Below, piece after piece: positions 1 through 13,079 of a DNA stretch of 64,000 bases. Origin of the DNA: Eutreptiella sp. 'Long Island Sound 2002' (taxonomy: Eukaryota > Protista > Euglenida); NCBI GenBank assembly GCA_964036045.1, contig OZ038378.1, positions 15,810,001 to 15,874,000 of the forward strand. The letters run 5' to 3'. Each line of letters begins with the position of its first letter. The first letter of the stretch is position 1. The translations under genes were made by a program, and so were the position numbers. The notes beneath the pieces were generated by a model. That model searched no databases, had not been told where the DNA came from, and saw only the letters and a list, made by a program, of their open reading frames with translations.

Positions 1-3000
1 TTATGTAGCCACCTTGCCCACTTGTGGGGCACTTCTGATGTTGCCCTCCGCTCTGAAGCGATGGGCACCCCCCAGGCGGTAGGAGTTCTATACACCTTGC
101 CCACTTGTGGGCCACCTCTGCTTCCGCCCCCCGCTGTGAAGCGGTGGGGACCCCCTAGGCGGCAGGGGTTTGGTAGCCACCTTGCCCACTTGTGGGCCAC
201 TTCTGATTTTGCCCTCCGCTCTGAAGCGGTGGGGACCCCCAGGCGGGAGGGGTCATGTAGCCACCTTGCCCACTTTTGGGCTACCTCTGATTTTGCCCCT
301 CGCTCTGAAGCGGTGGAGACCCCCCAGGCGGCAGGGCTTATGTAGCCACCTTGCCCAGTTGTGGGCCACCTCTGATTTTGCCCCCCGCTCTGAAGCGATG
401 GGAACCCCCTAGGCGGCAGGGGTTATGTAGCCACCTTGCCCACTTGTGGGCCACCTCTGATTTTGCCCTCCGCTTTCAATCGGTGGGGACCCCCAGGCCG
501 CAAGGGTGATGTAGCCACCTTGCCCACTTGTGGGCCACCTCTAATTCTGGCCCCCGCTCTGAAGCGGTGAAGACCCCCTAGACGGCAGCGGTTATGTAGC
601 CACTTTGCCCACTTGTGGGCCACTTGTGATTCCGCCCCGCGCTCTCAAGCGGTGGGGACCCCCCAGGCGGCAGGGGTGATGTAGCCTCCTCGCCCACTTG
701 TGGGCCACCTCTGATTTTGCACCTCGCCCTGAAGCGGTGGGGACCCCCCAGGCGGCAGGGGTTATGTAGCCACCTCGCCCAGCTGTGGGCCACCTCTGAT
801 TGTGCCCCCCGCTCTGAAGCGATGGGGACCCCCAAGCGGCAGGGGTTATGTAGCCACCTTGCCCACTTGTGGGCCACTTCCGATTCCGCCCCCTGCTCTG
901 AAGCGGTGATGACCCCCCAGGCGGCAGGGGTTATGTAGCCACCTTGCCCACTTGTGTGCCACTTCTGATTCCGCCCCCCGCCGTGAAGCGGTGGGGACCC
1001 CCTAGGCGGCAGGGGTTATGTAGCCACCTTGCCCACTTGTGGCCCACTTCTGATTTTGCCCTCCGCTCTGAAGCGGTGGGCACCCCCTAGGCGGCAGGGG
1101 TTATGTAGCCACCTTGCCCACTTGTGGGCTACTTCTGATGTTGCCCTCTGCTCTGAAGCGACGGGCACCCCCTAGGCGGCAGGGGTTATGTAGCCACCTT
1201 GCCCACTTGTGGGCCACTTGTGATTCCGCCCCCCGCTGTGATGCGGTGGCAATCCCAGGCGGCAGGGGTTATGTAGCCACCTCGCCCACTTGTGGGCCAG
1301 CTCTGATTCTGCCCCCCGCTCTAAAGCGATGGGGAGACCCCGGGCGGCAGGGGTTATGTAGCCATCTTGCCCACTTCTGGGCCACTTGTGATTCCGCCCC
1401 CTGCTGTGAAGCGGTGGGGACCCCCTAGGCGGCAGGGGTTATGTAGCCACCTTGCCCACTTGTGGGCCACTTCTGATTTTGCCCTCCGCTCTGAAGCGGT
1501 GGGGACCCCCAGGCGGGAGGAGTCATGTAGCCACCTTGCGCACTTTTGAGCTACCTCTGATTTTGCCCCTCGCTCTGAAGCGGTGGAGACCCCCCAGGCA
1601 GCAAGGGGTTATGTGGCCACCTTGCCCATTTGTGGGCCACCTCTGATTCTGGCCCCCGCTCTGAAGCGGTGGGGACCCCCTAGGCGGCAAGGGGTTATGT
1701 GGCCACCTTGCCCATTTGTGGGCCACTTGTGATTCCGCCCCGCGCTCTGAAGCGGTGGAAACCCCAGGCGGTAGGGGTGATGTAGCCACCTCGCCCACTT
1801 GTGGGCCACCTCTGATTCTGCGCCTTGCTCTGAAGCGATGGGGACCCCCCAGGCGGCAGGGGTTATGTAGCCACCCTGCCCACTTGTGGGCCACTTCCGA
1901 TTCCGCCCCCTGCTCTGAAGCGGTGGGGACTCCCCAGGCGGCAGGGGTTATGCGGCCACCTTGCCCACTTGTGGGCCACCTCTGATTTTGCCCTCCGCTC
2001 TTAAGCGGTGGGGACCCCCAGGCCGCAGGGGTGATGTAGCCACCTTGCCCACTTGTGGGCCACCTCTGATTCTGGCCCCCGCTCTGAAGCGGTGGGGACC
2101 CCCTAGGCGGCAGCGGTTATGTAGCCACCTTGCCCACTTGTGGGGCACTTCTGATTCCGCCCCCTGCTCTGAAGCGGTGGGGACCCCCCAGGCGGCAGGG
2201 GTTATGTAGCCACCTTGCCCACTTGTGGGCCACTTCTGATGTTGCCCTCCGCTCTGAAGCGATGGGCACCCCCCAGGCGGTAGGAGTTCTATACACCTTG
2301 CCCACTTGTGGGCCACCTCTGCTTCCGCCCCCCGCTGTGAAGCGGTGGAGACCCCCTAGGCGGCAGGGGTTTGGTAGCCACCTTGCCCACTTGTGGGCCA
2401 CTTCTGATTTTGCCCTCCGCTCTGAAGCGGTGGGGACCCCCAGGCGGGAGGGGTCATGTAGCCACCTTGCCCACTTTTGGGCTACCTCTGATTTTGCCCC
2501 TCGCTCTGAAGCAGTGGAGACCCCCCATGCGGCAGGGGTTATGTAGCCACCTTGCCCACTTGTGGGCCACCTCTGATTTTGCCCCCCGCTCTGAAGCGAT
2601 GGGAACCCCCCAGGCGGCAGGGGTTATGTAGCCACCTTGCCCACTTGTGGGCCACCTCCGATTACGCCCCCCGCTCTGAAGCGGTGGGGACCCCTCAGGC
2701 GGCAGGGGTTATGTAGCCACCTTGCCCACTTGTGGGCCACCTCTGATTTTGCCCTCCGCTCTTAATCGGTGGGGACCCCCAGGCCGCAAGGGTGATGTAG
2801 CCACCTTGCCCACTTGTGGGCCACCTCTGATTCTGGCCCCCGCTCTGAAGCGGTGAAGACCCCCTAGACGGCAGCGGTTATGTAGCCACCTTGCCCACTT
2901 GTGGGCCACTTGTGATTCCGCCCCGCGCTCTCAAGGGGTGGGAACCCCCAGGCGGCAGGGGTGATGTAGCCTCCTCGCCCACTTGTGGGCCACCTCTGAT

Positions 3001-4575
3001 TTTGCACCTCGCCCTGAAGCGGTGGGGACCCCCCAGGCGGCAGGGGTTATGTAGCCACCTCGCCCAGTTGTGGGCCACCTCTGATTGTGCCCCCCGCTCT
3101 GAAGCGATGGGGACCCCCAAGCGGCAGGGGTTATGTAGCCACCTTGCCCACTTGTGGGCCACCTCCGATTCCGCCCCCTGCTCTGAAGCGGTGGGGACCC
3201 CCCAGGCGGCAGGGGTTATGTAGCCACCTTGCCCACTTGTGGGCCACTTCTGATTCCGCCCCCCGCCGTGAAGCGGTGGGGACCCCCTAGGCGGCAGGGG
3301 TTATGTGGCCACCTTGCCCACTTGTGGGCCACTTCTGATTTTGCCCTCCGCTCTGAAGCGGTGGGCACCCCCTAGGCGGCAGGGGTTATGTAGCCACCTT
3401 GCCCACTTGTGGGCTACTTCTGATGTTGCCCTCCGCTCTGAATCGACGGGGACCCCCCAGGCGGCAGGGGTTATGTAGCCACCTTGCCCACTTGTGGGCC
3501 ACCTCTGATTCCGCCCCCCGCTGTGATGCGGTAGGGACCCCCCAGGCGGGAGGGGTTATGTAGCCACCTTGCCCACTTGTGGGCCACCTCTGATTCAGCC
3601 CCCCGCTCCGAAGGAACGGGGACCCCCCAAGCGGCAGGGGTTATGTAGCCACCTTGCCCAGTTGTGGGCCACCTCTGATTCGGCCCCGCGCTCTGAAGCG
3701 GCGGGGACCCCCCAGGCGGCAGGGATTATGTAGCCACCTTGCACACTTGTGGGCCACTTGTGATTTTGCCCTCCGCTCTTAAGCGGTGGGGACCCCCCAG
3801 GCGGCAGGGGTGATGTAGCCACCTTGCCCACTTGTGGGCCACTTCTGATTCTGGCTCCCGCTCTTAAGCGGTGGGGATCCCCTAGGCGGCAGGGGTTATG
3901 TAGCCACCTTGCCCACTTGTGGGCCACTGCTGATTCCGCCCCGCGCTCCGAACTGGCGGGAACCCCCAGGCGGCTGGGGTTATGTAGCCACCTTGCCCAC
4001 TTGTGGGCCACCTCCGATTCCGCCCCTCGCTCTGAAGCGGTGGGGACCCCCCAGGCGGCAGGGGTGATGTAGCCACCTTGCCCACTTGTGGGCCACCTCT
4101 GATTCTGGCTCCCGCTCTTAAGCGGTGGGGATCCCCTAGGCGGCAGGGGTTATGTAGCCACCTTGCCCACTTGTGGGCCACTGCTGATTCCGCCCCGCGC
4201 TCCGAACTGGCGGGAACCCCCAGGCGGCAGGGATTATGTAGCCTCCTCGCCCACTTGTGGGCCACCTCTGAATTTGCCCCTCGCTCTGAAGCGGTGGGGA
4301 CCCTCCAGGCGGCAGGGGTTATGTAGCCACCTCGCCCACTTGTGGGCCACTTCTGATTCTGCCCCCCGCTCTGAAGCGGTGGGGACCCCCCACGCGGCAA
4401 GGGTTATGTAGCCACCTTGCCCACTTGTGGGCCACTTCTCATTGTGCCCTCCGCTCTGAAGCGGTGGGGACCACCCAAGCGGCAGGGGTTATGTAGCCAC
4501 CTTGCCCACTTGTGGGCCACCTTTGATTCTGCCCCCCGCTCTGAAGCGATGGGGACCCCCTAGGCGGCAGGGGTT
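1..4575. repeat. Tandem satellite, 84-85 bp monomer (about 54 copies), with higher-order structure; runs off the left edge
   Basis: Monomer ttatgtagccaccttgcccacttgtgggccac(t/c)tctgatt..gccc..cgctctgaagcggtggggaccccc(c/t)aggcggcagggg recurs every 84-85 bp (e.g. 338, 423; 1016, 1101, 1186). Confidence 0.97.
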
Positions 4576-4636
4576 GTGTGGTCTGAGGCCACCGCCCCGA
4601 GTTGCTATGACCCCACTTTTGCAGTTGCATCCTGAT

Positions 4637-4639
<3 letters not shown>

Positions 4640-4692
<53 letters not shown>

Positions 4693-4725
4693 TAGATATG
4701 TATATTTGTATGTATGTATGTATGT
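4640..4725. repeat. (TA)25 microsatellite followed by gata/tgta repeats
   Basis: Directly visible, about 65 bp after the last satellite monomer. Confidence 0.97.
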
Positions 4726-4889
4726 CTTGTGGCATGTTCTAACTCTAATCCCATGGCCGCCTCAGTAGCCCACCCCCCTGAGGTTCCGAGTGTGGCTGCG
4801 AATACCCAAGCCGATGATACCCTACCCTCTATTGTGGGAAGGGGCGGTGCGAACTGTCACACCAGGGCCGCATAGCCAACTGTTCGGAG

Positions 4890-5405
4890 ATGCCCGACAC
4901 CCCCCCCCCCCTGGGGAATCGCCCTTCCAGAACCCCCCCCCCTGCCAGCCTTCCCCCCCAGGGAACCGCCCTCCGAACCCCCCCGCCCCCCTCCAAGGGG
5001 CCTAGTTGGCGCCCAAAACCGAGGGGTCCCCCCCCGTGGTGCAAACCGGAGGACCTTTTCGCCAGAGAAGTGGGATATCCACAGGGTCTCTGGTACACGT
5101 TCGACCTGTACGGGGAGAAGCAGCCCGTCAAATGGTGTGGGACGCACGAGTGGTGTGCAAGGCTGTGTCGCAAAACAGTGAGCCCCGTGCAATGTTACCC
5201 ACGATGCCGTGGTCTCATGCAAGAGGGTCCCTATTGCCAAAGGCCACAGCATGTGCAAAGTGGCCCATTCTTAGAGAAGGTTGGGAGGATAGCTGTGCCT
5301 TGTGGCAGCAAGTCTAAGGGCAAGACTGCTAGGATGAGCATAGCCAAGCGGTGTCCACACTCTAGCATCCCACAACACAAAGTGATTTGTAGGGAGGAGT
5401 GGTAG
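4890..5405 (+). other. 171-aa Pro/Cys-rich ORF of unknown origin, probably a transposon remnant
   Basis: Open frame with Cys-rich middle (CGTHEWCARLC...CYPRC...YCQRPQH); no family motif recognised. Confidence 0.2.
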
Positions 5406-6098
5406 GGCCAATTCACCATGGAACACCACCGGAACACCGCCTTGCCAGAGACCCTACGTTTATCATAGACCCCATCTGTGCATCGGCCACCTCGTTGTGC
5501 CTGACCGCACACCCAGCCGTACCTATTACAAGCTATGTTTAGGTTCCGCCCCCCCCTCGCACCCGCCGGTCCGTGATAGGATAGAAGAAGCATGCGTGCA
5601 ACAACCGAATTTATGACACGCGCACTTTTTGTCAAGGTATCATCGTTCTTTGGACTACCATATTGGGGCAAAGCACTGCCAACTACAAACCCAAGGCAAT
5701 GGCCAACATCACTACGATGACTTCTGTACTCCGCTAGCCTCACGGGCTATCATCCCAAGTCCCATGGAAACCCCGCCATGCACTCAGGCATGTGGGAGAC
5801 TTATCACCCTTCCTTGGCGGGCCAGGCGGAGGGGTCACAATAGTATGCCCCCCCCCCCCCCCTGTGCCTCCGGTTCACATGTGGCTCGGCGAACTTGTGA
5901 GGTTGAGGTTCATTTGTGGTTCCATCACCTAGTGCCATGCCTTTGTTCCCCTTTGTTGTGCCTTTGGTATGCTACCTAATGTTTTTTTTCTTTTAATATA
6001 TTTGGGTGATTTGAATTGGTGTTTCGTCAAGGTTGTTCTTAGGCGATACTTATTGTTTAGAAGGTAATTCGATCTAGTCAAGCCAGTGAACCCCGAAT

Positions 6099-6121
6099 AA
6101 CCCTAATCCTAACCCTAACCC
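6099..6121. repeat. Short interstitial telomere-like (CCCTAA) tract
   Basis: taaccctaatcctaaccctaaccc, about 3.5 imperfect units. Confidence 0.55.
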
Positions 6122-6449
6122 GAATAAACCACTAGCCAACCCCTGATTGCAGTTTGACTCGGCGTTCATTTAGCTTTCAATTAGCTTTCGGTTCGCTTTC
6201 ATTGAAAGCGCGAAATGGTTGCTTTGTCCCCATTGAAAGCGCAACACGAGTCCGTTCACGGTGGATTTAATCATACCTCCCTCCCTTCTCTACCCCCCCC
6301 CCCCTCCCCTCCATCCATTCCGCCTCCATAGCAAAATTCACCTGCTCCTTACAGGCTGTCTTATTCTTTCCGCGTTAACCCCAACCCATTGGGCCCGCCC
6401 CACCCTTCCCCTTCCATGCACCCCATTCCCCCTGGTCATCACAAGTTCT

Positions 6450-7950
6450 GAATGTCTTGTCACAGCTCACCCCCGCATAGGAGAATCTTTGGTACAACGG
6501 TTTTGGTGGCTCTTCTTGGTCGCCCCCATAGACCTACATTGTTGACCAAGGTAGTGCACACAGCGGTGCCCACGGAGAACCTCCATGCTTTGTATAGCAC
6601 CGCCTAGTATGGCACCGCCTCCCCCACACACTGTAGAGTGTTGGTGGGGTACAAGGACCGGGTACAAGCCGTGAACATGCAGTCACCGACATCCGTGAGT
6701 GTAGGCTAGTCAAAATCGTCATTGTTGTTGCCATTACCATCACTCGTTTCCACCTCCTCTGTCATAGCACATTGGTCCATGTGAGCCGAAAAGCTCCCCC
6801 TGAGTTCCCCAACCATAAAGAAGGTCTCTACCAGGACCGGCCCCTGCTGTACCCCTTCCACCATTTCCTGTCACTCCTATGGTCTTGCTTCTCACTAGGT
6901 TCTGCATGATCTTGCCCTATCCTGCACAATTTCCCACAAAAAATAGTAAAATATGGCTCTGTCACACAAATCCTGATCCCTTGCAATAACCAACTCCCAA
7001 GTACAATAGATCAAATCCAAATAATCCACACTGAGGGCTTCCAAGGGTGTTTGAGGTCCCGTGTTGACACTTAACAACTCCTTTCAACACGCCGGTCGTC
7101 TCACGGTGCACACGGAGACACGGGCGTTGGGCATGTACATAGAATTGCACCAAAATCAATAAAGAAGCCCGAAAAAAAATAGACACCCAGAAAGAAAGAA
7201 ATCTGCTTGGCGCTCTTCACCGGGCGTTTGTCAACGTGATCTTCCTAGACATCTGCTGCTTCCATTAGCCATCAACATCGCACAACACTTGAATGCATTG
7301 AACAAAATATTACACTGCCTGAAAAACATGGCACATGGTTTTGTATATTGTGTAGAGCAAGACAACAAGCCCCAATCTAACAATCTCATTTCCAAACGTC
7401 TGTTATACCCTCATCTGCGCATTCACCCAAGGCATCTGGCGGCTTTGCCATCCTTTCATGGACAACACGATCCCATGGACTACCTCTTTCAGCAGCTTAA
7501 ACGGTGCCACTTATTTCCCGTACGTTGCCCAATGGAGGTGCGCCTAAATCACGTGGGTATGCATTGCCACCCCAAGTGTTGGTGAGGCATACCAGGGTAT
7601 CTCAACGAGGCACCTCGTGTATTGTTTCTTGGAAGGCATATGCAAAGCCAACCTCAAGAACATCACCTGCAACGTTGCTGACATTGGTTGCATACTACAA
7701 ATGAGCTTTGAGATGGTGTCCATGTACCTGCTGAGGCAACGGCTCACTTCTCGGCTTTAGCCTGCTTTTCATCGAAGGTAAAGCTCATTCTTGGTTCAAG
7801 TAGCTTACCAAATGGTGTGTCTGTCTACGACTCTTGTGCTTTTCAACCCTAATGACAAGAACATTTTCAATATATTGCAATAGCCGCACCCTTGTGATTC
7901 CAACTTCAGCAACGAAGGGTCGTAGCACTTGTTTTGGCAACCAAGAAACA
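6450..7950 (-). pseudogene. Highly degenerate hAT-like transposase remnant
   Basis: Frameshifted motifs in hAT order: WNH..GYC (BED-like), SRYMDTISKLICSMQPMS...PSKKQYTR (Hermes DBD-like), VCLTNTW (first Asp region), VSTR (TRWN region), KWWK. Many stops. Confidence 0.35.
7170..7194 (-). other. Euglenid spliced-leader-like sequence (5'-truncated relic)
   Basis: Minus strand CTTTCTGGGTGTCTATTTTTTTTCG, 24/25 identical to the euglenid SL as I recall it (ACTTTCTGAGTGTCTATTTTTTTTCG). Followed by GG, not a GT donor. Confidence 0.85.
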
Positions 7951-8635
7951 ATAAACAATAGGTGCTTGTTGTTGCTAGTTGCTTAATGCTGCTTGCTCCC
8001 GCTTGCTATTTGCCGCAAAGAGGGATGTGGGGGCCTTTGTGTGTTGCAGCTGCTAGCAGTATGCCCCCCACCCCCCGTGGCACACACACTCAACTAAGAG
8101 CTCACCAAACCCTTTTTTGGGGATGACTGAAAACCCATTCAACAATTTGGCGCGCTCTTAGGGCGATAAACGAACATTCACGGAGCGTTCACTAAGCACG
8201 GCAAAAGGTTCTTTAAGCTTGCTGTGCGAAAGGCTTCATTTCGCTTGCAATGCTTACTATCACCACAATAATACCCCCCCCCCATGGCCAATAAGGGTTG
8301 TACCCTCCCACAACGTTCACCCCCCCCCCCCTCCTCCCCCAAGGGCAGCGAAGGTCATGAGCACCATAATTTCAACAACCCCGCCCATGGCTGTATACTT
8401 CCACGTGTGTTACCACCACCACCCCCTTCCCCATGGGCTGCACGCTCATACTAAACAACAGCCGCTCCCAAGGCTCCAAGGCAAAGATGTACCCCAAAAG
8501 TCTAAGCGTGGAGCTAAAAAGGGCTAAACCCACCACCCAAACACGCACACAGCGGTAGGCTCTCAAATTGTTCATCCTTCCATACACTTTGCCTACGCGC
8601 AGCCATAGTATGTAAGTCACCCACCTACATTGTAG

Positions 8636-8847
8636 ACCAAGCAATATCCCCAAACTTCTGCAAAAGGCTCACAAAAGTCCAATGTTCGACCCCAAAATTT
8701 CTGAATCCTAGAAAGCAAGGCTTGAGACCACAACCCTTGGCCCTCACACACACTTTCACAATGCACGAATGCAAACACACACACACACACATACCCCTAC
8801 GTGCATGCACCCACACACTGAGGCACTCATGCACTGATGCGCAAGCA

Positions 8848-8878
<31 letters not shown>

Positions 8879-9140
8879 TCGCAAGCAAAGGTGTACCCAC
8901 CAACGCACACAGACACACGCATGCACACATGCACGCACCCAAGCATTTATGTGTCCACACACACACACACACACACACCAAAAAACACACCATGCCGCGG
9001 CATATTGTGCCATGCTACACCATCACAACTCATAAAGCATGTCGCAATGGCAACATATGTACACCACACCTAGAATTCAATGGTTCAATAAAGATGCATT
9101 TAATAAACAAAACCTCACCAAAGGAGCACAACACACTAAC
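8636..9140. repeat. Dispersed repeat with internal (CA)n tracts, copy 1
   Basis: Homologous to 13644-14050 (caagcaatatcc..aaaagtccaa, gcaagcaaaggtgt, aaaacacaccatgcc). Confidence 0.85.
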
Positions 9141-9559
9141 AAACACAGATCACGCACATGGATAAATGCCATTTGTTCCGCGGTGCAATGGTGTTGATCG
9201 AAAAGTTGCATTGATGGGGGAAAAACGTGAGGAAAGGCAAGAATGCCCTCCTGAGCATTTGGTGATGGGACATTTGAGATTATGCAATTTGATGGTATCT
9301 AGTTGAGCCTTCCCCGCGCTTGTGGTGGGGAAACATTTTGCCACAATTGAACGAGCCCCGGATTGAGCTTGATCGTTTGTTTAGATACCGTGCACACATG
9401 TAGACACTATTCCTCGTTTGTAGACACTGTGCTTGTACTACTCCGCTCGTATGCAATAAGATTGTTATATCTGTGAGGTTTTACTGCGTGTCCACGGATT
9501 TATTATGCATATCTGACTAGAAAGCCCCCCACCCCCCCTGCCACTTGCCCTCGCCCGCT

Positions 9560-10560
9560 AAATTTTGTGCCGTAATGTGTGCAATAATCCCCAATGAGGC
9601 GTTCATGTCATGATTTGAAGCCTGATTTCTTTTCTTTGGATGCGGCAAGTTGTCTTTGCGGTCACATCCGCCATGCAATCTTTCTTCTACACATGCCTAG
9701 CAACAACTCTGTCTGTCTACCTCGTTGCATGATCCCTCAAAGCATCATAATACAGGGGAACTTCACGCCTTGCCCACATGTGGTGCCAAACGATCATGAA
9801 ACGTGTTGCGGCCCTTATGAGCCAAAGAGCTGCTTTGCCCTGATACAACACCTTCTTGAAATCTAGCACTCACCTCTTGCTGTCTTCACCTTGTTGTTCC
9901 TCACGGGCCTTAGAACATCACATAGCTCCAAATGGTGCAGCATAGGACCACCTCATCAGAAGTAATTCACATCACGAACAAAATTCGAAGTAGCAACATC
10001 TACAACGTGCGAATTTTAGTGAGCTTCGGGACTTTGGTTGCGGTTCCTAAATAAAGGGGAGACTTAGTCCCACCAAGATGGATGGGAAGGGGTGTGCTTT
10101 TGGAATAATGTAGTGAATCACCCTTTGCGTTCAAATGGATAGTGTCTACATGGTTAGCAAATGTGTAGTTGGAGGTCCAATGCCAGCACGTGGTGGAGTT
10201 GTGCGGATTCGTGAAGGCTCTAAGGATGGCATGTAATGTGAAGTTGACACAACTGTATGCTTTTGGTGATAAGAAGCCAGCCATTCGCTATCTTATGTGA
10301 TTCAAATGCCCTGTGGACATGTTCGTACAACCTTGGATCATAAAGCGGGTTTGGTACATCAATCGGGAACTGAGTTGGTGGTATTTGTCCTTTGGCTGCT
10401 TAGTGAGATCTTTGGATGGCAAGGGTGTTGCCGCGGTGTGCCAGCTTTAAGCACAGGGAGGGTGAACATGTAGCGGGTGGTTGGCCAACAACTTCGATGT
10501 CGTAGGGCGCTGTCTGGCATTGTAGGGCAGCAGGTATGCCATACACTTACAGAAACCTAG
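9560..10560 (-). pseudogene. Degenerate coding remnant, probably a non-LTR retrotransposon ORF2 3' end
   Basis: Broken frames such as PSHPSWWD, WSYAAPFGAM, VLDFKKVLYQGKAALWLIR..WHHMWARRE. Partial homologues at 14180-14430 and 17826-17880. Confidence 0.3.
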
Positions 10561-10619
10561 GGTGTTACTAATTATATAGCCATTTTGAGTTCCCCCTCTC
10601 TTGAGATATATCCAACACA

Positions 10620-13075
10620 GTAGCGGTTATGTGGCCATTTTGCCGACATGTGCGCTGCAAGGACGGTAGTGGGCATTTAGGTTTGTTGATCTTTTTCTAA
10701 GTGCGAGGACTCCACAGTCGGCAGGTTTTATGAAGCCATTTTGCTCATCCGTGGGATGCCACGGTGGCATTGGGTCACCTACTTTTCTTTTATTCACGTG
10801 TTTGGGACCCGGGCCCAAAGCATTAGCGGTTATGCACCTGCTCTACGCACATGTGGCGCCAAAGGACAGTATTGGCTACGTAGCCCCCCCCCCCCTTGGT
10901 CACCTTGAAGGCCACAAGGTTTATGCACTCAACCTTGGGCCGCAAAGCTGATACACATTTTGTGGGCACTTTGACTTCATCCCCGTGCTTGGGACCCCAA
11001 GACCTTGGCGGTCATTTTAGCCATTTTGCCCAAGTGCGGGTCTTGTAGATGGTAGGGGTGTTTGTAGCCACTTTGGTCTTGTTCCCATTCGGGGGTTCGA
11101 CAAGATGGCATGGTTGCCTTAGGCATCTCCATTTAATCCACGTATTCGACAGCCGAAACATTGCTTGTTACATAGCCATTTCGCCCACACGTGGGTAACA
11201 GACTCTCAAAAAGGCATCGGTGATGCAGCCACTTCTGATTGTGTCCTCTTTTTCTGGGGACCCCCGCGAATGCAAGAAGTATGCAGCTACTCCGCCCACT
11301 TCCGGGGTCCGAGACGGCAGGTTTGATTTAGCCATTTCTGGCTTGGTCCCCTTTTCGGGGGACCCCTGAGACCGTAGAGGATACGGAGCAACACCGCCCA
11401 ATGCCGGGCCCCCGAGGAGGTCGGGGTGTGTAGCCCCTTGTCATCGTGTCTCCTTTTTTGGGGACCCCCGAGAACGTAGGGGTTAAGTAGGAATTCAGCC
11501 CCCTTTCGGGCCCCCAAGAAGGCAAGGGTGATGTAGCGATTTTTGATTATACACCCTTTTTGGCGCCTCCTCGAGAACACAATGGTTAACGAGCAATACC
11601 GACCACTCCTAGCCCCCCTCCCCCCCCCCCGAGAAGGCAGGGGTGATGTAGCCACCCTAGATTTAGTTTCTTTTTCCGGGGAGAAGGGCGAGGGTTACAT
11701 AGCAATGCGGCCGACTTTTGGGCCCCCGAGAACGCAGGGGTGATGTAGCTGGTTTTGATTATGTACCTTTTGGGGGGCATTACATAGCAGTCCTGCCCAC
11801 CTCCGGGCCCCCCACAAAGTAGGGGTGCAATCGCCACTTGTGATTATGTCCCCTTTACTGGGCACCCTCAAGAACATAGTGGTTACCCCGTTGGGCTGTG
11901 TGGCCACTTTTCATCTTGTCTCCTTTCTAGGGGACCCCCGAGAACGCAGGGGTTATGTAGCGATTCAGCCCATCTTTGGGCCCCAAGAAGGCAAGGGTGA
12001 TGTAGCCATTTTTGTTTCTATACCCTTTTTGGCATATCTCTTAGAACACAGTGGTTAATACCGCCCACTGCCCCCCCCCCCCCCCCCGAGAACGCAGGGT
12101 GATATAGCCACGTCTGATTTTGTTCCCTTTTCCGGTGAGAAGGGCAAGGGTTACGTAGCAATTTGGCCGACTTTCGGGCACCAAGAAGGTAGGAGTGAAG
12201 CAGCCATTTTTGATTTTGTACCTTTTGGGGGGCATCGTCGGGAAGGTAGTGCTTTCGTAGCAATTCTGCCCACCTCCGGGCCCCTAAGAAAGTAGGGGTG
12301 AATTGGCCACATGTGATTATGTCCCCTCTTTTCGGCACCCTCAAGAACAAAGTGGTTAAAGAGCATTAGCGATGGGCCCCTTGAGAAGGCAGGGGTGATG
12401 TAGCCACTTCTGATTTTTTCTCCTTTTGCGGGAACTCCCACGCAACATAGGGGTTACGTAGCAGTTCGGCCCTCCTTCGGGCCCGCGAGAAGATGGGAGT
12501 GATGTGGTCATTTCTGGTTTTCTCGTCATTTCGGGGGATCATTGTGAACACAGTAGTTGCATAACAATACCGCCCACTTCTGAGTTCCCGAGCAAGTAGC
12601 GGTCATGCAGCCACTTGTAATTATCTGCCATTTTCTAGGCACCATCAAGGACGCATTGGTTACCCAAAAGTACCGCCCACCGCCGGGCGCCAGGAGAAGA
12701 CACCAGTAATTTCGCCGGTTTTGTTGTTGTCCCCTTTTCTGGCTCCCCCCAACATCGCAGAGATTGCGTAGCAATACCCTCCCCATTTTGGCCCCCAAGA
12801 AGGGGGGGCTAGCCATTGATTAGGTCCCTTCTCCCAAGGACCCCCAAGAACGAAGGGCCCGCGTAGCAGTTTCGCCCAATCTGGAGCTCCCAAGAAGGCA
12901 GGCCTGAGTTATCCACTTGTGTTTCTATCCCCTTTTCCCTGAACACCTGAGAACACATGGGTTACGTAGCAATTTCTCCCACTTCCAAGCACCCGAGCCA
13001 GCAAGGGTGATGTCGCCACTTGTTATTTAATCCCCTGTTCTCGGGACCTGAGAAAGAAGGGTTTTGTTTGTTTTG
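10620..13075. repeat. Degenerate composite array related to the 85-bp satellite (oldest copy of the 3-5 kb unit)
   Basis: Recurrent gcagggg(t/g)(g/t)atgtagccac, tgattttgtcccc and ggggacccccgagaa motifs. 10850-11100 matches 14455-14720; 11080-11500 matches 15990-16400. Confidence 0.85.
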
Positions 13076-13079
13076 GCGT

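Noticed and set aside
1-4575. CRISPR-like array (palindromic repeat with variable intervening sequence)
   Set aside because: The variable parts are point variants of one sequence, not unique spacers; no cas genes; eukaryotic context.
22-4768. Dozens of 60-170 aa ORFs in the satellite
   Set aside because: Translations of the 85-bp monomer in shifting frames; not genes.
8625-9165. His/Thr- and Cys/Val-rich ORFs (also 13351-14061)
   Set aside because: Produced by (CA)n microsatellites.
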